From NCBI GenBank assembly GCA_964510165.1, contig CAZEBC010000079.1, positions 2,564 to 17,012 of the forward strand: a DNA stretch of 14,449 bases. Direction: 5' to 3'. Positions 7,882-14,449 of the stretch are shown here, one piece after another. A program made the translations under genes and the position numbers. This DNA comes from an uncultured bacterium. Lineage in GTDB: Bacteria; Abyssobacteria; SURF-5. A model generated the notes under the pieces. That model was not told the origin of the DNA. It was given only the letters and a program-made list of their open reading frames with translations, and did not search any database. Numbering within the stretch: the first letter of the stretch is position 1; each line of letters begins with the position of its first letter.

Positions 7882-9045
7882 ATGGAATATCAAGACCTCA
7901 TCCATAGATGCTTCCGCTGCGGCTATTGCAAGTTCACGCGCGACTACCGCGATTTCAATTGCCCCACCTACAGGAAGTTCTGGTTTGAAACGTATTCGCC
8001 CGGCGGCAGAATGTGGCTGCTTAGAGGTATGCTCAACGGCGATGTCAAACCCTCCCAGCGACTCGCCGAGATATTCTATTCCTGCGTCACCTGCGGCAAT
8101 TGCGCTGAGCACTGCGTCTTCGAGTTCGGGCCTGACCTCGTCAACATCTTTGTCGAGGCCCGGCGGGAACTGGTCGAACGCGGGATGACGCCGCCCGCAG
8201 TCCGGGACTATCTCAAGGGTATCCACGTCCATGGCAACCCCTACAAACAGACTGATGGCCGAGGCGAGTGGGCACAGGGCCTCAACATCGCGCCGTACCA
8301 CGGGCAGGAATACCTTTTCTACGTCGGCTGCGTCGGCTCGTATGACGACAGGGGCAAACAGATGGCGCGCGCTGCGGCGAGTCTTCTGAGCGAAGCCGGG
8401 ATCTCCTTCGGCGTGCTCGGCGACAAGGAGCCTTGCGACGGGAACGAGGTCAGGCTGCTCGGCGAGTCGGGTCTGTTCCAGGAACTGGCGGAAAACAACA
8501 TAAAGATGTTCAAGAGCCTGGGCGTGAGGAAGATCATCGCGCTCTCGCCCCATGGATACAATGCGTTCAAGAAGAAATATCCCGCATACGGCGGAGATTT
8601 CGAGGTCGTGCACTACAGCCACGCGCTGGCCCAATTAGTCGCCGCCGGCACGCTCGCGCTCTCGGGACTCAAGGCCAAGGTCACGTACCACGACCCCTGT
8701 TACCTCGGCAGGCACAATGACGAGTTTGACGCCCCGCGCGAGATCCTCCGGGCCGTCCCCGGTCTTTCCCTCGTGGAGATGGAGAAAAACAAGAAAGACG
8801 CACTCTGCTGCGGCGGAGGCGGCGGCAATTTCTTTACCGAGATCATCGGCGGCGGCGAGGGAAGTCCGGCGCGCGTTCGACTGCGCGAGGCCGCCGAAAC
8901 CGGCGCGAACATGCTGGCGGTGGCCTGCCCGTACTGCGCCCGCATGTTCGAGGACGCGCTCAAAAGCGAATCGCTGGAGGGCGTCATCGAGGTGAAGGAC
9001 GTGGCTGAAATCGCTGTCATGGCCGGGCCTCGCCGGCCTGGCTGA
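7882..9045 (+). CDS. Fe-S oxidoreductase subunit (4Fe-4S dicluster plus two CCG domains; GlcF/HdrD-like)
   Basis: 387 aa. CFRCGYC...CP, SPGGR, CVTCGNCAEHC, YVGC, HDPCYLGR, CCGGGGG, CPYC. SD GGAGGT lies in the end of the previous gene (1-nt gap). Confidence 0.9.
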   Translation: MEYQDLIHRCFRCGYCKFTRDYRDFNCPTYRKFWFETYSPGGRMWLLRGMLNGDVKPSQRLAEIFYSCVTCGNCAEHCVFEFGPDLVNIFVEARRELVERGMTPPAVRDYLKGIHVHGNPYKQTDGRGEWAQGLNIAPYHGQEYLFYVGCVGSYDDRGKQMARAAASLLSEAGISFGVLGDKEPCDGNEVRLLGESGLFQELAENNIKMFKSLGVRKIIALSPHGYNAFKKKYPAYGGDFEVVHYSHALAQLVAAGTLALSGLKAKVTYHDPCYLGRHNDEFDAPREILRAVPGLSLVEMEKNKKDALCCGGGGGNFFTEIIGGGEGSPARVRLREAAETGANMLAVACPYCARMFEDALKSESLEGVIEVKDVAEIAVMAGPRRPG

Positions 9046-9069
9046 ATCGCATCAACGAAAGGAAAGAAT

Positions 9070-9834
9070 ATGGAGTTAATCCGGATCATGCCCTGTCTGG
9101 ACATGAAGGACGGTCGGGTTGTCAAAGGCGTTCATTTCGTTGACCTCAAAGACGCGGGCGACCCCGTCCAGAACGCGAGCTTCTACCAGAAAGAGGGTGC
9201 CGATGAACTCGCGATGCTCGACATCGCCGCCACCCTTGAGAATCGGAAGACGCGGCTGGAATGGGTCAAGGGCGTCTCTTCGGTCATCAGCATACCCCTG
9301 ACTGTCGGAGGCGGCATCTCCAGCCTTGATGATATCAAACTCGTTCTGAAAGCCGGAGCCGACAAGGTTTCCATGAACAGCGCCGCCGTCAAGGACCCCT
9401 CCCTCATAAAGCAGGCCGCGAAGAAATTCGGCCCGCAGCGGATCACCGTCGCTGTTGACGCGAGGCGCAACAAGCGGATGCCTTCAGGGTTCGAACTCGT
9501 GGTGTCGGGCGGCACAAAGCCCGTCGGCAAGGACGCTGTCGCCTGGGCGAAACAGTGCGAGGAACTGGGAGCGGGCGTGATTCTGCCGACCAGTATGGAC
9601 GCCGACGGCACCAAGGACGGTTACGATATCGAATTCACGAGGGCCATCTCCGACGCCGTTTCCCTGCCGGTCGTCGCGTCGGGCGGCGCGGGAACGCTTG
9701 AGCATTTCCTCGAGGCTGCCACGAAGGGTGGAGCGCAGGTATTGCTCGCCGCATCTGTCTTCCACTTCCGAATCCTGAGCATCAAACAGGTCAAAGAATA
9801 TCTTCGTGACAAGGGATTGAAGGTCAACTTGTAA
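9070..9834 (+). CDS. hisF: Imidazole glycerol phosphate synthase cyclase subunit HisF (orphan paralog)
   Basis: 254 aa. [78 protein letters not shown]. Confidence 0.93.
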   Translation: MELIRIMPCLDMKDGRVVKGVHFVDLKDAGDPVQNASFYQKEGADELAMLDIAATLENRKTRLEWVKGVSSVISIPLTVGGGISSLDDIKLVLKAGADKVSMNSAAVKDPSLIKQAAKKFGPQRITVAVDARRNKRMPSGFELVVSGGTKPVGKDAVAWAKQCEELGAGVILPTSMDADGTKDGYDIEFTRAISDAVSLPVVASGGAGTLEHFLEAATKGGAQVLLAASVFHFRILSIKQVKEYLRDKGLKVNL

Positions 9835-9840
9835 CTTGAC

Positions 9841-10773
9841 ATGACAAAGCCCGGCATCCTGCTGCTTGTCGTTGCGGTGATGCTTTTCCTGCCGCTGTCC
9901 GAGGGTGTCGTATCGGACGAGCCGGGCCCGCCGCCGCTCCGCTATGGCAAGCCGAGGGCGATTGGCTCGCTGTCCGACCCGGAAATCAAGGAAAGCAGCG
10001 GATTGGCTCGCTCGCTCGTCAACCCCGGCGCGTTCTGGACGCACAACGACTCAGGCGACGTCCCGCGCGCATTTCTGATAGGTCCCACCGGAAAGACGCT
10101 CGCCACATTCTTGATAAGGGGCGCCGCTGCCGTGGATTGGGAGGATATCGCCTCGTTCAAATGCGACAACGGCGGCTGCATCCTGGTGGCCGACATAGGC
10201 GACAATAACGCGAAACGCGGATCGTGCACGCTCTACATTTTTCGCGAGCCGATTGTGGACCCGAAGCGCTCGCCGCGCGCTAAAAACCTGAACGTGTGGA
10301 AGACCATCTCGTTCACGTACGAGAACGGCCCCCAGGACTGTGAAGCGGTGGCGGTCGATCCTGTCAGCAACACCATATTCCTTACCGCAAAGGACGACGG
10401 CGCCACAGTATATCAATTGCCGTGGCCCAACCGCGAGAACCCCGGCCATATGACCGCCCGCGCGATTGCGCCGCTCGGCATTCCCGACGTTACCGCCATG
10501 GACATCTCCCCCGATGGAGCAAGAGCGATCGTGCTCACCTACATTGACGCCTACGAGTATGTCAGGGCAACAGACGAGACATGGGCCGAAGCGTTCTCCC
10601 GTGAGGGACGGCTGGTTTCGATGCCGCCCCGTATCCAGGGTGAATCCATCTGTTACGGCCCGGACGGAAAGACACTGTATCTCACGAGCGAAGGCGCGTC
10701 TCAGCCCCTCTGGGAGGTTCCCGCCGTCACCGGCGGCGATTTGGAAGTTCGCACGCCAAACATTTCGGAGTGA
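9841..10773 (+). CDS. Secreted beta-propeller-like protein (SdiA-regulated/phytase-like superfamily), function unknown
   Basis: 310 aa. N-terminal hydrophobic signal; repeated acidic blade motifs ESSGL, WTHNDSG, DWEDIA, ADIGDN, DCEAV, AMDISPDG, QGESIC, SEG. Confidence 0.7.
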   Translation: MTKPGILLLVVAVMLFLPLSEGVVSDEPGPPPLRYGKPRAIGSLSDPEIKESSGLARSLVNPGAFWTHNDSGDVPRAFLIGPTGKTLATFLIRGAAAVDWEDIASFKCDNGGCILVADIGDNNAKRGSCTLYIFREPIVDPKRSPRAKNLNVWKTISFTYENGPQDCEAVAVDPVSNTIFLTAKDDGATVYQLPWPNRENPGHMTARAIAPLGIPDVTAMDISPDGARAIVLTYIDAYEYVRATDETWAEAFSREGRLVSMPPRIQGESICYGPDGKTLYLTSEGASQPLWEVPAVTGGDLEVRTPNISE

Positions 10774-10776
10774 CCA

Positions 10777-12561
10777 ATGAAACGCAGATGGATACTCATT
10801 GTCGCAGTCTGTGTCATAATCCTGATTCTCCTCAATTACGAGAACCTGAAATGGAGACTCATCGCGGTTGCGCTGCACGTCCCGCAGCCGGCCTATTCCG
10901 TCACAGTCGACCGGGACGTGATGATCCCGATGAGCGACGGCGTCAGGCTTGCCGCCGATGTCTACCGCCCGGACTCTTCCGGCAGGTTCCCCGTCATCGT
11001 CACACGCACTCCCTACAACAAGTCGAATCCTCATCATAAATACGACTTTGCCGGCAATCTCTTCGCGGGACAGGGCTATGTCTTCGTTGTGCAGGACGTG
11101 CGCGGCAAATTCGGCTCCGAGGGCGACTTCTATCCGTACGTGCACGAAGGCCAGGATGGCCATGACACCTTCGAGTGGGCAGGCAAGCAGGACTGGTCCA
11201 CGGGCAAGGTCGGAACGTACGGCTTTTCTTACTGGGGCTCGACTCAATGGCTTTCGGCGCCATACGGCAGCGAGCATCTGAAGGCGATGGTTCCCATCGT
11301 CACCAGTCAGGACCTCTATCCGAGATGGATATATTACGGCATCTTCCGTTACAACGACATGCTGTTCTGGCATTATGGCAACGGTCTGAGGACCGAACGC
11401 AGCCTCGAGGGGATCGACATCAACAAGGCGGTCCGACATCTGCCGCTCAGCGAGGCCGACGACGCAATGGGCGTTGATATTCCGTCTTACAACGATTGGA
11501 TCGCTAACCCCGTCCCCGGCGAATACTGGGATGCCCTCAGAGTGGACAACAAGGTGGAGATGATCAAGGCGCCGGCGCTGCTCGTCGGCGGCTGGTACGA
11601 TTACTACCTCGAACTGATGTTCGACGATTTCAGCCGCATGATCGCGCACGGCGGCTCGGAAGATGCCCGCCAGAGCCAGATCATCATCGGGCCATGGACG
11701 CACGAGTCGGTCTCCAAATTCGATGACGTGGATTTCGGGAAACAGGCCGCCTTTACGAAACAGATTGGCTCTTTGCTGCGCTGGTACGATTACTGGCTGA
11801 AGGGCGCCGACAATGGCATCACCCGCGAAGGTCCCCTCAGGATATTCGTCATGGGCCGGAACGAATGGAGAACCGAACAAGAATGGCCGCTGAAAAGGGC
11901 CGTCTCCACAACGTATTATCTCCACAGCGGCGGCAAGGCCAATACGGCGGCGGGCGACGGTATCCTCAGCCCCCAATCGCCGACGCAGGAACCGCCCGAC
12001 CGCTTCACGTACGACCCCGCCGACCCGGTCCCGTCCGTCGGCGGCACCTCCATCTATGGCAATGCCACGCCCGGCCCTACGGACCAACGCGCGATCGAGA
12101 ATCGCAACGACGTGCTCGTCTACACAACCGCACCGCTAACCGAAGACGTCGAGGTTACGGGGCCGGTGACTTTGACGCTATATGCCTCCTCTTCCGCGAA
12201 AGACACCGATTTCTGCGCCAAGCTGGTGGACGTATATCCCGACGGCAAGGCCATAAACCTCAGGACCGGCATGGTCCGCGCGCGATACAGAAACTCGTTC
12301 ACCGAGCCTTCATTCCTTGAAGACGGCGTAATCTATGAGTTCCAGATACCGGTCGGCGCGACTAGCAACCTCTTCAAGAAAGGCCACAGGATACGCCTCG
12401 AAGTCAGCAGCAGTTATTTCCCCGAATTCAGCCGGAACCAGAACACCGACGCGCCCATCGGGATGACCGCCGAAATAATCACGGCCGACCAGACCATTTA
12501 TCACGACTTTGAGCACCCGTCTCACATCATTCTGCCGGTCATTCCATCCAAGTCCCTTTAG
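10777..12561 (+). CDS. CocE/NonD family serine hydrolase (peptidase S15 / cocaine esterase-like), with N-terminal membrane anchor or signal
   Basis: 594 aa. IPMSDGVRLAADVYRP, RTPY (oxyanion Tyr), QDVRG, nucleophile motif GFSYWG, GGWYD, IGPWTH, YDPADPVP, KKGHRIRLEVSSS. SD GGAG. Confidence 0.94.
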   Translation: MKRRWILIVAVCVIILILLNYENLKWRLIAVALHVPQPAYSVTVDRDVMIPMSDGVRLAADVYRPDSSGRFPVIVTRTPYNKSNPHHKYDFAGNLFAGQGYVFVVQDVRGKFGSEGDFYPYVHEGQDGHDTFEWAGKQDWSTGKVGTYGFSYWGSTQWLSAPYGSEHLKAMVPIVTSQDLYPRWIYYGIFRYNDMLFWHYGNGLRTERSLEGIDINKAVRHLPLSEADDAMGVDIPSYNDWIANPVPGEYWDALRVDNKVEMIKAPALLVGGWYDYYLELMFDDFSRMIAHGGSEDARQSQIIIGPWTHESVSKFDDVDFGKQAAFTKQIGSLLRWYDYWLKGADNGITREGPLRIFVMGRNEWRTEQEWPLKRAVSTTYYLHSGGKANTAAGDGILSPQSPTQEPPDRFTYDPADPVPSVGGTSIYGNATPGPTDQRAIENRNDVLVYTTAPLTEDVEVTGPVTLTLYASSSAKDTDFCAKLVDVYPDGKAINLRTGMVRARYRNSFTEPSFLEDGVIYEFQIPVGATSNLFKKGHRIRLEVSSSYFPEFSRNQNTDAPIGMTAEIITADQTIYHDFEHPSHIILPVIPSKSL

Positions 12562-12638
12562 CGATGACCATCCTCATGTGCTAAACTCGTTGGGAGGCAA
12601 GTTTCGCCGATCGCAGCGCGGCACAGCCGCAGCGAACT

Positions 12639-12780
12639 CCTTCACCCTCCCCCCGCCCGGCGGGAGGGGGTATATGAGTACGCCCTTTCCCAGCGAGAGT
12701 TGGGTTGTAGCGCAGGCTTCTCCCATGTGGGCGGGACAATTCTGTTGCCCTCTCCCGGCGGGAGAGGGTTGGGGTGAGGG
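12639..12780. repeat. Inverted pair of CCCTCTCCC-type palindromic repeats
   Basis: CCCTCTCCC-GGC-GGGAGAGGG-TTGGGGTGAGGG (12748-12780) and a degenerate, oppositely oriented copy CCTTCACCCTCCCCCCGCCCGGCGGGAGGGGG (12639-12670). Confidence 0.75.
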
Positions 12781-12816
12781 AAACAACACGAGCAGTGGTG
12801 CAGAGAAGGTCTTCCA

Positions 12817-13593
12817 ATGAAATCCGCGTTCAGGGTAATAACGGCGATAATCGCCGTAGTTGTCATACTCTTGGTTCTGGCTTCCATTTTCATAGACGCG
12901 CTGGCGAAAAGAGGCATAGAGCATGCGGCAAGCCGCTCGTTGCAGGTAAAGGTCGAACTCGGGCAGGCCGATCTATCCGTCCTTCGCGGAAATCTGGCGC
13001 TGACCAATTTCCGCATCTTCAACCCTGAAGGGTTCAGTACAGAGCGCCTGTTCGAATCCACGCGGGCGACGGCCACTGTCGCGCCGACGGACATCTTCAA
13101 GGACGAAATCATTATCGAGAGCGTCGTCATCGAGTCGCCTTCGCTCAGAATCGAACAATCCGCGCGCGGCGCCAATGTCAGATTGGTGCTCGAGAACCTG
13201 AAGGGCGAAAAGCCGGGCGAACCCGCCGCGGAGCCCGAGAAACAGAAGAAGTATCGCATAAAACTCCTCCGGATCACCGGCGCACAGGTGACCTTCGCAT
13301 CCTTCCTGCCCGGCCAGCAACCCATAACCGTCTCGCTTCCCGAGATTCAGATGGAGAACGTGACGAGCGACCAGGGAACCGGCCTGGTGCTTGGCCGCGT
13401 GATCGAGGTTGTCCTGGCCAAGATGATCCAGACCGCGCTCGTCGAACGAAGAAACCTTATCCCGGCCGAGATATCCAATATCGTCGCGGGAGAACTCCAG
13501 ACCGTCGTGCCCGGCCTTCCCGTGGACATCCTCGAAAAAGCGAGAGGAGTCCTCGAGCGAGGAACCGAAACGCTGAAGGGGTTGTTCGATTAG
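12817..13593 (+). CDS. AsmA-like / DUF748-like single-pass membrane protein
   Basis: 258 aa. N-terminal TM helix, then V.LG..DLS.L.G.L.L..F.I.NPEGF and beta-rich I.SV.I.SP...EQ...G.N segments typical of short AsmA-like proteins. Confidence 0.72.
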   Translation: MKSAFRVITAIIAVVVILLVLASIFIDALAKRGIEHAASRSLQVKVELGQADLSVLRGNLALTNFRIFNPEGFSTERLFESTRATATVAPTDIFKDEIIIESVVIESPSLRIEQSARGANVRLVLENLKGEKPGEPAAEPEKQKKYRIKLLRITGAQVTFASFLPGQQPITVSLPEIQMENVTSDQGTGLVLGRVIEVVLAKMIQTALVERRNLIPAEISNIVAGELQTVVPGLPVDILEKARGVLERGTETLKGLFD

Positions 13594-13604
13594 GCGCGTG
13601 AATA

Positions 13605-14101
13605 TCAAAGGCTGAATCTGAACTCTCTTTGGCATTCTCCTTTGGCATGCATCAAACGGCCTTTGAGCGGAGGCTCGATTTCATACGATATTCCCAAACC
13701 ATCCAGCCACCCCGCCATCCGCGCAAAAATGCCACAGTCGTAACCCTCGATGGCGCCCATCTTCTTGATGCCTTCGTACGCAAAGCATCGGTTTGCCCGT
13801 ATGCGAAGGATGTTCCTGGCGGAGGCATCGAGCTGAAATCCATGAAGCTGCCCCTGATTACGTCGAGTCCGTCGAGCACGAACTCCATGAGTTCTTCAAA
13901 CGTCTCGATCTTTTCCTTGCCGAGCACCCGCATGATTCTCTTCACCTCGACCGCGCCGATCGCCCTCGCCGCCGCCTGATTTACCTTGCTGGTCTTCTCC
14001 ATGCCGCATTCCTGCAAGCAGTGATAGAACCATAAGCCGTCATGAGTCATCCAGCATTTGACAATCAGTTCCTTCAATTCATTCTTGTCCAGCAATCTCA
14101 T
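13605..14101 (-). pseudogene. DUF6125-like Cys-containing protein, frameshifted
   Basis: ATG at 14101 (SD AAGGGA): MRLLDKNELKELIVKCWMTHDGLWF...FMDFS. The protein-like sequence continues in another frame: DASARNILRIRTNRCFAYEGIKKMGAIEGYDCGIFARMAGWLDGLGISYEIEPPLKGRLMHAKGECQREFRFSL, stop at 13607-13605. The 497-nt span is one base short of 166 codons. Confidence 0.8.
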
Positions 14102-14130
14102 AATCTGTGTCCCTTGGCGCCGCGAACGGG

Positions 14131-14179
14131 TTTCTGGTCTCTGGTCTCTCGTAGAAAGAAAATTCGTGTAATTCGCGGC
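14131..14179. repeat. Short tandem repeats: heptamer TCTGGTC x2 and nonamer-like AATTCGTGT-AATTCGCGG
   Basis: tttctggtctctggtctctc (14131-14150) and aattcgtgtaattcgcggc (14161-14179). Confidence 0.5.
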
Positions 14180-14449
14180 AACCGGGGCGCCGGTTGTGCG
14201 GCGGGAAACCGAGGGGAGGATTGGCAAATCAGAAGACGGTCTTGCTCGCAAGTGTGACGCGAAACTCGGAGCGATCTTCACTCAGGTCACGGTAGACAAG
14301 GATGGCAATCCAATCCGAAAACATCAATCCACCACTTATGTGGGCAGCGTTGAATCTGGGGAAAGCTTTGGGCCACGTCTGTATGCTGAAGCAGAGCGTC
14401 GAGGACTTCAAAAAGCAAGGCGAGTAGCTGTTATCGGCGACGGAGCCCC
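14178..14449 (+). mobile_element. ISKra4-family (UPF0236-like) DDE transposase remnant, 5'-truncated, continuing past the window edge
   Basis: Manual translation after the in-frame TAA (14169-14171): ATGAPVVRRETEGRIGKSEDGLARKCDAKLGAIFTQVTVDKDGNPIRKHQSTTYVGSVESGESFGPRLYAEAERRGLQKARRVAVIGDGAP. This matches the ISKra4 pattern I recall (DGTGVP...KLG..FTQ...STTY...F...LY.EA.RRG...V.GDGA). Visibly more AT-rich than the flanking genes. Confidence 0.82.

Noticed and set aside
10051-12087. 678-aa minus-strand ORF
   Set aside because: Antisense shadow of the propeller and CocE genes, which have clear family motifs. It has no recognisable motifs, and long shadow ORFs are expected at high GC.
12509-12924. 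Small Pro/Gly-rich ORFs across the cocE-asmA spacer
   Set aside because: Translations of CCCTCTCCC-type repeats (PSPQPSP, PLPAGEGWGEG), a common artefact.
13652-14281. 209-aa ORF as a single intact gene
   Set aside because: Its first 60 aa translate repeats and antisense IS sequence, and its tail is out of frame. The real gene starts at 14101 and is frameshifted.
1-14449. CRISPR array, tRNA, rRNA or known riboswitch
   Set aside because: No regularly spaced direct repeats, cloverleaf or riboswitch consensus recognised by eye. An Rfam/Infernal scan would be needed to exclude them formally.

Overview
GC-rich bacterial chromosomal segment, probably from an anaerobe (inferred from the Fe-S/CCG oxidoreductases). 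Left to right: (1) a minus-strand N-acyl-D-amino-acid deacylase that runs off the left edge and is absent from the ORF track; (2) a divergent, stand-alone family-B DNA polymerase of the archaeal PolB2/Dpo2 type (motif C HAIVDS, degenerate proofreading domain); (3) a parvulin-type PPIase/foldase with a near-consensus sigma70 promoter; (4) a tight six-gene cluster: Fe-S/CCG protein, FAD oxidoreductase, Fe-S/CCG protein, orphan HisF paralog, secreted beta-propeller-like protein, CocE/NonD hydrolase; (5) an AsmA-like gene; (6) a convergent, frameshifted DUF6125-like pseudogene; (7) a 5'-truncated ISKra4-like transposase at the right edge. Four of the five larger intergenic spacers hold a different small palindromic or tandem repeat family. 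The most notable items are the solitary PolB2-like polymerase with a candidate operator over its promoter, the HisH-less HisF lacking two normally conserved gate/interface residues, and the non-canonical FAD oxidoreductase flanked by two CCG subunits. All family assignments come from motif recognition by eye, not database searches.
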